Under the pieces are notes generated by a model that saw nothing but the letters and a program-made list of their open reading frames with translations, was not told where the DNA came from and searched no databases. Below are positions 1 through 9,921 of a stretch of 64,000 bases of DNA, one piece after another; within the stretch, counting starts at the first letter, position 1, and each line of letters opens with the position of its first letter. Both the position numbers and the translations under genes were made by a program. Source of the stretch: Bdellovibrionales bacterium (GTDB taxonomy: Bacteria > Bdellovibrionota > Bdellovibrionia > Bdellovibrionales > JAUICD01); NCBI GenBank assembly GCA_965197425.1, contig CBDANC010000014.1, forward strand, positions 96,001-160,000. Reading direction: 5' to 3'.

Positions 1-1227
1 ATGATACTAGCCTACTTCATGAATACCGCAATAAACTATGAGGTTGACAAAAAAGAAAATGAACTTGGAAGAAAATTAACCCCGGAAGAATTTCATCAAA
101 CAAAAAAAATGGTTATATCCACTGTTAGAGGAACTGTTCAAGCAGATATTTTAAAAGAGGATCAAGCTCAGAACACTTGTATTTTTAGCATTGATTTTGC
201 TCTAAAAATGATGGGTGATATTCAGCAATATTTTATTGATAATGATGTTCGTAATTTTTATTCCGTCAGTATTTCTGGCTATCATATAGCAGAAGCAGGT
301 GCTAATCCAATAACCCAAGCAGCATTCACTTTAGCAAACGGTTTTACATATGTAGAATATTATTTATCCAGAGGAATGAATATAGACGACTTTGCTCCTA
401 ACTTATCATTTTTCTTTTCAAATGGATTAGACCCAGAATATTTAGTAATTGGCAGGGTAGCTAGACGAATATGGTCTGTGGTAATGAGAGATTTATACGG
501 AGCTAATGAAAGATCTCAAAAATTGAAGTACCACATTCAAACAAGTGGAAGATCACTGCATGCACAGGAAATAGATTTTAACGATATAAGAACTACTTTA
601 CAGTCCTTAATTGCCGTCTATGATAATTGCAACAGCCTACATACTAATGCATATGATGAGGCTATAACAACACCTACTGAAGAATCTGTCAGAAGAGCTA
701 TGGCAATACAAATGATCATTAATCAAGAGTTTGGTGGAGCAAAAAATGAAAATATAAATCAAGGTAGTTGGTTTTTGACAGAACTTACTGATTTAGTTGA
801 AGATACTATTTTAAAAGAATTTATGAGTTTGCATGAAAGAGGTGGTGTGCTTGGGGCCATGGAAAGACAATATCAGAGAGGTAAAATTCAAGATGAGTCA
901 ATGTACTACGAACACCTTAAGCATTCTGGATCGTTGCCCATAATTGGAATTAACACTTACATAGATCCTAACAAATCTGAAAAACAAGAAGTAATAGAGC
1001 TAAGGCGTTCAACTAAAGAAGAGAAGGATTCTCAACTAAAAAATTTAAATTCCTTTAAAGAAAAAAATAAGGACAAGGCAGCTTTGGAGTTGGAAAACTT
1101 AAAGAAGACGGCTCTTTCTAATGGAAATATTTTTGAGGCACTGATGTCTGCCTCTAGACATTGTTCCCTAAAAGAGTTATCTCATGCTCTATATGAAGTT
1201 GGTGGTGGTTACCGTCGCCAGATATAA
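1..1227 (+). CDS. icmF: B12-dependent acyl-CoA mutase, C-terminal part (fused isobutyryl-CoA mutase IcmF-like); 5' truncated by the window
   Basis: Motifs [46 protein letters not shown] and HTNAYDEA; ends after the substrate-binding barrel, as in IcmF. Confidence 0.85.
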   Translation: MILAYFMNTAINYEVDKKENELGRKLTPEEFHQTKKMVISTVRGTVQADILKEDQAQNTCIFSIDFALKMMGDIQQYFIDNDVRNFYSVSISGYHIAEAGANPITQAAFTLANGFTYVEYYLSRGMNIDDFAPNLSFFFSNGLDPEYLVIGRVARRIWSVVMRDLYGANERSQKLKYHIQTSGRSLHAQEIDFNDIRTTLQSLIAVYDNCNSLHTNAYDEAITTPTEESVRRAMAIQMIINQEFGGAKNENINQGSWFLTELTDLVEDTILKEFMSLHERGGVLGAMERQYQRGKIQDESMYYEHLKHSGSLPIIGINTYIDPNKSEKQEVIELRRSTKEEKDSQLKNLNSFKEKNKDKAALELENLKKTALSNGNIFEALMSASRHCSLKELSHALYEVGGGYRRQI

Positions 1228-1246
1228 AATTAGTTATGTAGTTGAT

Positions 1247-3544
1247 TTAGCGGTTATCAAAGGCAAATGTGTTATTTGAATTAATCAACTTTGTCTGTTT
1301 TTTACTAGCACTTAAATTATTAACATCTGACCAATCTTCTTTGTATATAGATTTTGAACTAGATTTGATCTCTATTGGCTTAGATAAAAATGCAAGTGCA
1401 TTATTATTTATCTTTTTAGAGTACAAAACCTTGTATATGTTGTAGTGCTTTATTACTTTTTTTACATATCCTCTTGTTTGTTTAAATGGAATATGATCTA
1501 TAAATTCATCCATATGCAGGCTATTAAAATTACCAAGCCATCTATGTATTCGGTGAGGCCCTGCATTGTATGCAGCAGACGCAAGAGCAATATTATTATC
1601 AAACTGTTTTAAAAGTCTCTGTAAATATCTTGCAGCAAACTTAATGTTTAAAGCTGGATCTTGTAATTGTTGTGATTCAAAAGATGGCATGCTGAGCATT
1701 AAAGCTATTTTTTGTCCAGTGTATGGCATTATTTGCATAAGTCCCATTGCACCTACAGGCGAGATAGCATCTTTTCTGTAATTGCTTTCTGTTTTCATGA
1801 TTGCCCAAATTAATTCTTTTTCTACATTAAATTTGTCTGAAACATCTAAAACATGCTCTTCATAAGCTTTAGGATAGGTGTTTTGCCAAATACCTCTGTT
1901 TGTTGCAACAGGGCTATGACCCATGTCTTCCTCTAGATATATCTCACCAACATAACTAGCTCTATTAAAAGCATTAATTTTATTGTAATGAGCCATAAGC
2001 AACCTTAGATTATCCTTGTCTACAGAACTCTTTTCTATGAAGTACAACTCTTCTTTTGCAAGATCGTAAAAGCCTAAACTTTCCAAATTATTTGCTCTCT
2101 CAAATCTATTTTTAAGTTTGTCGTCAGCCAGTACAACAGATGTATGCACAGTATTATCTTCTATATTATTACTGCTCAATGTCCTAGAGCCCCCGCCTAA
2201 ACTAGAAAAAGAGAAAAATCTTACCTTCTTTAATCCTTCCAACCTACTAGCCGCCGCCAAAGAATAAAAGTCATGGCTGTTATTTGATAACTCTTTTAAA
2301 ATTTGTTTTGCTTCCTCAGCCCGATCAGTTTTCAAATAGGATAAAGCTGAATAGTATTTAATTTTTCTCTCGTCTTGGCCACGGTTTGTTATAATTCTAT
2401 CAAAACCTTCTAATGCACTTTCATAATTTCCACCAAGATAGTTAGCCCAATACTTATACCATTGTGCTTTTCTAGTTAGATGTTTATTTTTTGTTCTAGT
2501 TATTAAATTAGCGAACTTATTTGAAGCTAGATTATATTGCCCACTTTGAAAATTTACAAAAGCACTGTTAAAGAGAGCCTTCTCTTTAAGTCTTCTAGAC
2601 ACTCTTGTTGTGCTTATGTAGTCATATGTCTGAGTTGATTCTTCATGTGAGCCTAATCTAGACTGTATGGTGGCAAGCAAGTTTAAGTAGTGATACTGCG
2701 TGTTTTCACCGTAGTGTTTTGATAACAGATCGTATGCCTCTTTCACAAATCCATCTTGCACTAAGTAATTAGCCAGTAATATATCCAACTCAAATTCAGA
2801 TTTTTTATTTTCCAAAAGGGCTATTTCTTCCCTGGCTCTTTTGGAAAACCCTTCGTACTGGAATCTTTTTATTCTTTTTCTTTTATCATCTAAACTAACA
2901 TTACACCTAAGAGGTATGTCTTCTACTTTTATCTTACTAAAATCAATATCCCAATTATCTATTAATTCGTGGGTTGGATATTTTGTATAAAGTCTTTTTG
3001 CCCACCTACATGCTCTCCATGCACTTTTTTGTTTTGTATCAATGCCTGTTAATCCCCATAGAACTTTTGGATAAAAATTTCTATTGTTTCTCATTGATCT
3101 TTCTAGGTGTACTAGATGCTTTCTTGCCTCTCTGAGCTTGTTTCTTTTTATTAAACTTTCTGCTAGGTAAAACTTGGCCTCATTTTTTTTAGAACTTTCT
3201 GGCTTCATTTTGATAACTTTTTTTAGTAAAAATTCTGCATTTTTATATTTGTTTAAATTTAGATAAGACACTCCTTCATAAAAATATATGTAGTCATCTA
3301 GATTAATTTTTTCACCATAGGCTATGTCTAGTTTATCTATGGTTTGTTGGTATTCAGCATTTTGGTAGTGAGCAAGCCCTAGGCCAAAATTTCTAAATCC
3401 CTTGTGTGCTTGCTCGTTTATTGAGGTGAGTGCTTTAGAGTATTCTTTGCTGTGATAATGCCTCTTAAACTCTACAAAATCATCCCCAGCAGCTTTGTGG
3501 ATGAAAAAAATTATTAATAGCAAAAAGAAGTTTCGCCAAATCAT
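1247..3544 (-). CDS. slt: Soluble lytic murein transglycosylase (TPR-like superhelix plus SLT domain)
   Basis: Signal peptide; AIMKTESNY, AISPVGAMGLMQIMP, AAYNAGP and IPFKQTRGYVKKV SLT motifs. Confidence 0.9.
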   Translation of the reverse strand: MIWRNFFLLLIIFFIHKAAGDDFVEFKRHYHSKEYSKALTSINEQAHKGFRNFGLGLAHYQNAEYQQTIDKLDIAYGEKINLDDYIYFYEGVSYLNLNKYKNAEFLLKKVIKMKPESSKKNEAKFYLAESLIKRNKLREARKHLVHLERSMRNNRNFYPKVLWGLTGIDTKQKSAWRACRWAKRLYTKYPTHELIDNWDIDFSKIKVEDIPLRCNVSLDDKRKRIKRFQYEGFSKRAREEIALLENKKSEFELDILLANYLVQDGFVKEAYDLLSKHYGENTQYHYLNLLATIQSRLGSHEESTQTYDYISTTRVSRRLKEKALFNSAFVNFQSGQYNLASNKFANLITRTKNKHLTRKAQWYKYWANYLGGNYESALEGFDRIITNRGQDERKIKYYSALSYLKTDRAEEAKQILKELSNNSHDFYSLAAASRLEGLKKVRFFSFSSLGGGSRTLSSNNIEDNTVHTSVVLADDKLKNRFERANNLESLGFYDLAKEELYFIEKSSVDKDNLRLLMAHYNKINAFNRASYVGEIYLEEDMGHSPVATNRGIWQNTYPKAYEEHVLDVSDKFNVEKELIWAIMKTESNYRKDAISPVGAMGLMQIMPYTGQKIALMLSMPSFESQQLQDPALNIKFAARYLQRLLKQFDNNIALASAAYNAGPHRIHRWLGNFNSLHMDEFIDHIPFKQTRGYVKKVIKHYNIYKVLYSKKINNNALAFLSKPIEIKSSSKSIYKEDWSDVNNLSASKKQTKLINSNNTFAFDNR

Positions 3545-3566
3545 GAGCAGTATGGTAACAATTCTT

Positions 3567-4952
3567 ATGGCATCATTTAAGTCAAAATATAGATATGTTT
3601 GTCAAAACTGCGGTGCTGAGAGATCAAAGTGGGAAGGTAAGTGTTCGGAATGTGGTCAGTGGAACAGTTTTGCTCAAGAATTATCAACCAAAACTTCAGA
3701 TCAAAAAAGATACTTTGGTCTAGATAATGCCCACAATGAAACGATAAAAACGACTAACATACCCAGAGAAAACTTGGATAAGTACTCTTCTGGCTCCAAG
3801 GAATTAGACAGAGCATTAGGTGGAGGCATTGTGCAGGGTAGCTTCATTTTGGTTGGTGGAAGTCCTGGTATTGGAAAATCCACCTTGTTGTTGCAGATGT
3901 CAGGTAACCTAGCTAAGGCTAAAAAGAAAGTACTCTACATCTCTTCAGAAGAAAGTGTCACGCAGACTGGAATACGGGCGGAAAGGTTAAATGTATCAGA
4001 AGATAAAGTGGAAATAGGTAGCATAAATAATCTAGAACAAGTTATAAACACTATGGTTAAGAAAAAACCTGATGTATTGATATTAGATTCAATTCAAACA
4101 GTTTTTTTGCCTGAGATTCTCTCTGCTCCTGGAAGTGTTTCACAGGTAAGAGAGTGTGCGGGTCAACTTTTAACAATTTCTAAACAACATAACATAACTG
4201 TTTTTTTGGTAGGTCACATTACTAAAGACGGACACCTTGCTGGCCCGAAGGTTTTAGAACACATGGTAGATACTGTACTATATTTTGAAGGTGACTCTGA
4301 CTATCAATATAGACTTCTAAGATCACTTAAAAATAGGTTTGGTTCTGTCCAAGAGTTAGGTGTATTTGAAATGAACCAAAACGGTCTATTGGATGTAGAT
4401 AATCCATCAAAAATGTTTTTAGATGGAAGAGTACAGTCGGTGGGAAGTGCAATAGCAGTATCAATGGAAGGTACAAGACCGTTGCTATGTGAGGTGCAAG
4501 CCCTATCTGTTAGAACCTATTCAAATATACCAAAGCGAACTTCGGTTGGAATAGATCCTAACAGGTTATTTATTGTTATGGCTGTTTTGGATAAATTTCT
4601 AAAGACAGACTTTGCTTCAAAGGATGTATTTGTCAATGTGGTATCTGGCCTTAGGATAAGAGAGCCTGCAGCTGATCTGTCCGTATGTGCTGCTCTTTTG
4701 TCTTCTGATATGAACAAGTGTTTACATAACAACATGTGTTTTTTTGGTGAAGTAGGTCTTACTGGACAAGTTAGATCTGTACCATATTCACTTTTTAGAT
4801 TTAAAGAGGGTAAAAAGTTAGGATTTGATAAATTTGTAACTTCTGGAAGCAGTGAAAAACAATTTTCTAAGGAATCATCTAAAAACGAACTAAACTCTAT
4901 TAGCTTCATCTCTCATATTGATGAATTAAAAGATATACTGTTTAAGTTGTGA
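3567..4952 (+). CDS. radA: DNA repair protein RadA/Sms
   Basis: N-terminal CxxC..CxxC zinc finger, GSPGIGKST Walker A, KNRFG motif, Lon-like C-terminus; start moved to ATG 3567 to avoid overlap with slt. Confidence 0.95.
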   Translation: MASFKSKYRYVCQNCGAERSKWEGKCSECGQWNSFAQELSTKTSDQKRYFGLDNAHNETIKTTNIPRENLDKYSSGSKELDRALGGGIVQGSFILVGGSPGIGKSTLLLQMSGNLAKAKKKVLYISSEESVTQTGIRAERLNVSEDKVEIGSINNLEQVINTMVKKKPDVLILDSIQTVFLPEILSAPGSVSQVRECAGQLLTISKQHNITVFLVGHITKDGHLAGPKVLEHMVDTVLYFEGDSDYQYRLLRSLKNRFGSVQELGVFEMNQNGLLDVDNPSKMFLDGRVQSVGSAIAVSMEGTRPLLCEVQALSVRTYSNIPKRTSVGIDPNRLFIVMAVLDKFLKTDFASKDVFVNVVSGLRIREPAADLSVCAALLSSDMNKCLHNNMCFFGEVGLTGQVRSVPYSLFRFKEGKKLGFDKFVTSGSSEKQFSKESSKNELNSISFISHIDELKDILFKL

Positions 4953-5001
4953 CAAGAGTTTTTACTTTGACTAACGATTAAGTTTTATATAGCAATACTT
5001 T

Positions 5002-6183
5002 ATGGCTGATGGATTTAGAGATGTGTTTGTAGTGGGAGCTAAACGAACTCCATTTGGTTCTTTTCTAGGATCACTAAAAAATGTTAGCAACACGAAGTTA
5101 ACAGTAAGTTGTTCCAAAGCAGCAATAGAGCAAGCCAAGATTAAACCTGATAACATAGATCATGTAGTGGTAGGTAATGTAATTCAATCTGGATCTGATG
5201 CCATTTATTTACCAAGACATGTGGGTTTAATCTGTCAAATACCTAAGGAAGTTCCAGCTTTAGGTATAAACAGATTATGTGGCAGCGGTTTTGAGACATG
5301 GGTTCAGGCAGCAAATCTCATTAGGCTAGGTGATGCGGAAGTTGTGCTTTCCTGTGGAAGTGAACAAATGTCACAAATACCTTATGTTGTAAGGGGTGCA
5401 AGGTCTGGCAACAAGATAGGTAATACTGAAATTGAAGATGTATTAATCTCATCACTAACAGATCAGTACATAGGAGATCCTATGGCTGTTACTGCTGAGA
5501 CTCTTGCACAGCGATATAAAATATCTCGTAACAAAGCAGACCAGTATGCTTATCAATCTCAAATGAGATATAAAAAAGCCTTCGAAGGCGGTGTATTTGA
5601 TTTGGAAATTTCTAAAATAACAGATGATAAAGTATCTCTTAGTAAGGATGAGCATCCAAGGGGCGATACAACGATGGAAGGTTTAAAGAGCTTAAAAACT
5701 TTATTTAAAAAAGATGGGGTTATAACTGCAGGTAATGCATCTGGTATAGTTGATGGAGCATGTAGCACTGTATTGGCCTCACAAGAAGCCATAGATAAAC
5801 ATAATCTAAAGCCCATGGCCAAAATAGTAGGTTACGCTTCATGTGGTTGTGATCCTAAAATTATGGGTATCGGTCCGATTTATGCTATGAAAAAAGCACT
5901 AAAATTATCTAACCTATCTTTTGGTGACATGGATTTAATTGAGGTAAATGAAGCTTTTGCACCAGTTGTCTTAGCAGCACAAGAGGAATTGGATTTAGAT
6001 ATGGATATTACAAATGTAAATGGTGGTGCAATATCTGTAGGACACCCATTGGGAGCTACTGGTGTTAGAATTATGAACCATTTGGTTTACGAGATCATTA
6101 GACAAGACAAGGAGTTTGCCATTGGATCTGCCTGTATAGGTGGAGGTCAAGGAATAGCTATCATCATCAAGAGAGTAGTATAA
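5002..6183 (+). CDS. Acetyl-CoA C-acyltransferase (thiolase)
   Basis: INRLCGSG, NEAFA, GHPLGATG and CIGGGQG thiolase motifs. Confidence 0.95.
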   Translation: MADGFRDVFVVGAKRTPFGSFLGSLKNVSNTKLTVSCSKAAIEQAKIKPDNIDHVVVGNVIQSGSDAIYLPRHVGLICQIPKEVPALGINRLCGSGFETWVQAANLIRLGDAEVVLSCGSEQMSQIPYVVRGARSGNKIGNTEIEDVLISSLTDQYIGDPMAVTAETLAQRYKISRNKADQYAYQSQMRYKKAFEGGVFDLEISKITDDKVSLSKDEHPRGDTTMEGLKSLKTLFKKDGVITAGNASGIVDGACSTVLASQEAIDKHNLKPMAKIVGYASCGCDPKIMGIGPIYAMKKALKLSNLSFGDMDLIEVNEAFAPVVLAAQEELDLDMDITNVNGGAISVGHPLGATGVRIMNHLVYEIIRQDKEFAIGSACIGGGQGIAIIIKRVV

Positions 6184-6220
6184 AAGTAAATCAATTGTTA
6201 ATTAACAAAGTCACAAACAT

Positions 6221-6247
6221 TAATTTTTGCTCTATTATACCCGATAG
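6221..6247 (+). promoter_or_regulatory. Putative sigma28 (FliA)-type promoter
   Basis: TAAT-N15-CCCGATAG compared with consensus TAAA-N15-GCCGATAA. Confidence 0.45.
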
Positions 6248-6301
6248 GACATGGGTGTTTTTAATTATTTTTAGATATGCTGTAGATATCTGGGTAAAAC
6301 A

Positions 6302-7723
6302 GTGGCGTCATTTTCAATCTTAAAAGTTTTTTTCTTTGTTATCATTACCCTGGTAATATCCTCACTGTTTTTGTTTCTTGCATTTTGCGATCAAAAAAAA
6401 CATATTTTAAAATTAAAAAATTTGATTATAAAGTATAAAGCGAGTCTAAAAAAATATAGCACTATAATTAATATAGAAAAAGAAGTAGATAGATTATCTA
6501 ATAACAAAAACAAACTTGTCGAAGATATAAGTGAACTTGGTTCTGACTACAAAAAGTTAAAGAGCATAAGAGACATTTACTATGAAGATGTTGATCTTAT
6601 CTCTCAAGGTCATTATAAAATGCACTACGACTTTGAAAAATCTGAACGATACAAAGAAAGATTAAATAAAATTAGAGGAGAACAAAAAAACCTTATAAAA
6701 AATAAAGAAGCTATAGTATGTCCAACTTCATGGGCAGTTGGGCAATCAGAGAAAGATGGAAAACAAATGATTAATAGAGTTATAAAATTAGGATTAAATG
6801 CCTTTAATGTTCAAACAGATAATGTGATTTTAAAAGTCAATCACAACAACATTCATAGTTCAGAAGAAAGGGTAGAAAATATTTATGAAAAAATAAATAA
6901 ATTATTAAACCCTCTTCATTGTGAAATTACAGACAAGTTTTATCAATTAAAACTTGAAGAGCTCTACTTAGCATTTGAATATAAGGAAAAAGTTTTTGAG
7001 GAAAAAGAGGAACAAAAAGAAATTAAATTAAGAATGAGAGAAGAAGCAAAGGCTAAAAAGGAATACCAACAAGAGATAGAAAGAGCTAAAGCAGAAGAAG
7101 TTAGATATAACCAGGCATTAGAAGAAGCAAAACAAAAACTAGAAGAAGCAACCGAAGAAAAATTTAGCGAGTATAAAGAACACATAAACAATTTACAAAA
7201 AAAATTAGATGAAGTCCGTGCTAAAGAAAGAGCACTATCCCAAGCACAACTAACTTCCAGAGGTCATGTATATGTTATTTCAAATGAAGGTTCATTCGGT
7301 GAAAATGTTTTTAAAGTAGGTATGACAAGAAGACTTGACCCTATGGAGCGCGTAAAAGAACTAGGAGATGCTTCTGTTCCATTTGGTTTTGATGTTCATG
7401 CTATTATTTTTAGTGAAGAGGCGCCTAAGATGGAAAAGGAACTGCACCGAATATTTGATACTTATCGAATAAATAAGATTAATAACAGAAAGGAATTTTT
7501 CAGAATTGATCTAGATTATATCGAAAACGCTTGTAGACAACTGGGAGCTAAGGTTCAATTTACTAAATTGGCAGAGGCTTATGAATATAAAGAGTCTTTA
7601 AAGATAGAACAAGAATTGAAAAAGGAATCCTTTATAGAACATGAAAATGCAAACAATGGTGTAGGTCAGGATACAAAATCAGAAGATTTAATAGCAGATG
7701 AAATTTTGAAAAAAGTAAGTTAA
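6302..7723 (+). CDS. DUF4041 plus T5orf172/MUG113 (GIY-YIG-like) domain protein with N-terminal TM helix and coiled coil
   Basis: GHVYVISNEGSFGENVFKVGMTRRLDPMERVKELGDASVPFGFDVHA and RKEFF motifs. Confidence 0.85.
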   Translation: MASFSILKVFFFVIITLVISSLFLFLAFCDQKKHILKLKNLIIKYKASLKKYSTIINIEKEVDRLSNNKNKLVEDISELGSDYKKLKSIRDIYYEDVDLISQGHYKMHYDFEKSERYKERLNKIRGEQKNLIKNKEAIVCPTSWAVGQSEKDGKQMINRVIKLGLNAFNVQTDNVILKVNHNNIHSSEERVENIYEKINKLLNPLHCEITDKFYQLKLEELYLAFEYKEKVFEEKEEQKEIKLRMREEAKAKKEYQQEIERAKAEEVRYNQALEEAKQKLEEATEEKFSEYKEHINNLQKKLDEVRAKERALSQAQLTSRGHVYVISNEGSFGENVFKVGMTRRLDPMERVKELGDASVPFGFDVHAIIFSEEAPKMEKELHRIFDTYRINKINNRKEFFRIDLDYIENACRQLGAKVQFTKLAEAYEYKESLKIEQELKKESFIEHENANNGVGQDTKSEDLIADEILKKVS

Positions 7724-7805
7724 AGCTAAACTCCTAAACAATTAAACAAAGATTTCTTTGTACAACCACTATATTAATGTTAAAAGAGTATTGTTCTGAG
7801 GACTC

Positions 7806-9047
7806 ATGGAAAGTATAAAGAAAATTGATCCTGAAGTTCACAACGCTATATCTCTTGAAAAAGATAGGCAACTAACTGGGCTTGAGATGATTGCATCTGA
7901 AAATTATGTTTCAAGTGCTGTTATGGAAGCTTCAGGCTCTTGTCTTACTAACAAGTATGCAGAAGGATACCCTGGTAAGAGATACTATGGAGGGTGTGAG
8001 TTTGTAGATATTGTAGAAAATTTGGCAATAGAAAGAGTTAAAAAACTTTTCAATGCTAATTTTGCAAATGTTCAACCACATTCTGGATCTCAAGCAAACA
8101 TGGCAGCCTATATGGCCTTGATCGAAAACAACTCCACTATACTAGGAATGGATCTATCTCACGGTGGCCATCTAACTCATGGATCAAAAGTTAATTTTAG
8201 TGGAATATTTTTTAATGTATCTTCATATGGTGTAGATCAAAACACAGGTCTCATAGATTATCATAAGTTGAAAACTAAAGCTCTCGAATGTAATCCTGAT
8301 CTAATTATTGCAGGATTCAGTGCTTACCCTAGAGAACTTGATTTTGATAAATTTAGAGAGATTGCAGATTTATGCGAAGCTAAACTGCTAGTTGACATGG
8401 CTCACTTTGCAGGCTTAGTAGCTGGTGGTGTACATGATTCCCCAATGAAACAAGCTCATGTTATTACATCTACTACACATAAAACTCTAAGAGGACCTAG
8501 AGGTGGATTTATTTTAACTAATGATGAAGCTACCTACAAAAAGATCAACTCAAAAGTATTTCCAGGTATACAAGGTGGCCCACTTGAACATGTGATTGCT
8601 GCAAAAGCTGTTTCATTTAAAGAAGCACTAGAACCTTACTTTAAGGATTATGCTAAAAGAATTATTTCTAATGCAAAACATTTAGCAGACAAACTTTTAT
8701 CTGAAGATTTTAAACTGGTTAGTGGTGGTACTGATAATCACTTAATTTTAATTGATCTAAACAACAAAAATGTAACAGGAAAGCAAGCTCAACAAGCCTT
8801 AGACTCAGTTGGAATTACGGTGAATAAAAACACAGTTCCTGGTGAAACTAGATCACCATTTGTAACAAGTGGTGTTAGGTTAGGAACCCCTGCTTTAACC
8901 ACAAGAGGTATGGGTCACACTGAAATGGAAATTATAGCAAAGCTTATTTCGAGTGTAATAAATAACTTGGAAGATGAAAAAAAACTTAATAATGTTAAAA
9001 AACAAGTAGAAGAACTTACAAAAAACTTTGAATTATTTAAAAGCTAA
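7806..9047 (+). CDS. glyA: Serine hydroxymethyltransferase
   Basis: [21 protein letters not shown] and [15 protein letters not shown]-lysine motif. Confidence 0.98.
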   Translation: MESIKKIDPEVHNAISLEKDRQLTGLEMIASENYVSSAVMEASGSCLTNKYAEGYPGKRYYGGCEFVDIVENLAIERVKKLFNANFANVQPHSGSQANMAAYMALIENNSTILGMDLSHGGHLTHGSKVNFSGIFFNVSSYGVDQNTGLIDYHKLKTKALECNPDLIIAGFSAYPRELDFDKFREIADLCEAKLLVDMAHFAGLVAGGVHDSPMKQAHVITSTTHKTLRGPRGGFILTNDEATYKKINSKVFPGIQGGPLEHVIAAKAVSFKEALEPYFKDYAKRIISNAKHLADKLLSEDFKLVSGGTDNHLILIDLNNKNVTGKQAQQALDSVGITVNKNTVPGETRSPFVTSGVRLGTPALTTRGMGHTEMEIIAKLISSVINNLEDEKKLNNVKKQVEELTKNFELFKS

Positions 9048-9087
9048 TATGTTTTTCATAGTATTTTAAGTATAAAATAGCTTCCAT

Positions 9088-9921
9088 CTAGAAATGTTCT
9101 GGAAATCTAGTTAAATCCAGGTTATGAGACGCATAATACAGTAAATCTGCTGAACATTTATCTACTTTATCTTCAAGTATCTTTATTATCTCAATCAGAT
9201 CTCTCGATTCAGTAGTCTTAAAAAAACTATTACTGTCATCAAGTGAAATAGTATTTTTTGTGCTATCCCCTCGATTCCATTTGTCAATAGCTCTACTTTC
9301 TAGTTCTTCACACTTAGTTTCATTCAAGATAAAACCCGTATATTTACTAGGGTCATCTTTAAAAAAGCTTTTCAACAACTCAATGTTTCCGTGTATGAAC
9401 ATATTTCTTATTTCATAGTATATAGAAGTATATAAACCATACTTTTGTCTCAATAATCCAACTGGTCTTAGAACTCCATAACCATCCTTAACTAAAACAG
9501 AAAAAAAGTTACTACTGTAATACTTTTTGTTGGTATTTTTATTTTTTACTTTTTCAAGCTTAATGTCGTATAGAGTATCTACAGCAACACCTATGTTGTC
9601 GTACTGGCCTCCCCAAACTGTTGCTAAGTATCCACCAACAACATTTATACGCATGTGCATAAAGTTGATATCCTGATTGTTAAATTTTATATGCCATTTC
9701 TTGTCCTCTTTTTCCATGTACGGGAGATTCTTTAAAGATTTAATCTGATTTAGTGATGATAATCGAACGCTATCAAATTTCATGGCATATTCTAGATGTT
9801 CAATTATCCTAGAAATATTACTCACAAATTCATCGTGCAAACTCTCTCCCTTGCTTCGAACCTCCACTATTTTGTTCTTGAAACTCTTTATTTCACCTTC
9901 TAAATATTTATTCATCGCCAT
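9088..9921 (-). CDS. Hypothetical protein with HEPN-type RxxxxH motif (putative RNase)
   Basis: Helical protein with YEIRNMFIHG; overlaps the end of the upstream STAND gene by 14 bp. Confidence 0.55.
   Translation of the reverse strand: MAMNKYLEGEIKSFKNKIVEVRSKGESLHDEFVSNISRIIEHLEYAMKFDSVRLSSLNQIKSLKNLPYMEKEDKKWHIKFNNQDINFMHMRINVVGGYLATVWGGQYDNIGVAVDTLYDIKLEKVKNKNTNKKYYSSNFFSVLVKDGYGVLRPVGLLRQKYGLYTSIYYEIRNMFIHGNIELLKSFFKDDPSKYTGFILNETKCEELESRAIDKWNRGDSTKNTISLDDSNSFFKTTESRDLIEIIKILEDKVDKCSADLLYYASHNLDLTRFPEHF

Noticed and set aside
6251..6301. TAG stop-codon reassignment suggested by in-frame TAGs before DUF4041 and serS
   Set aside because: Conserved genes such as rpmJ end at TAG at the expected position, and long ORFs are intact under the standard code.
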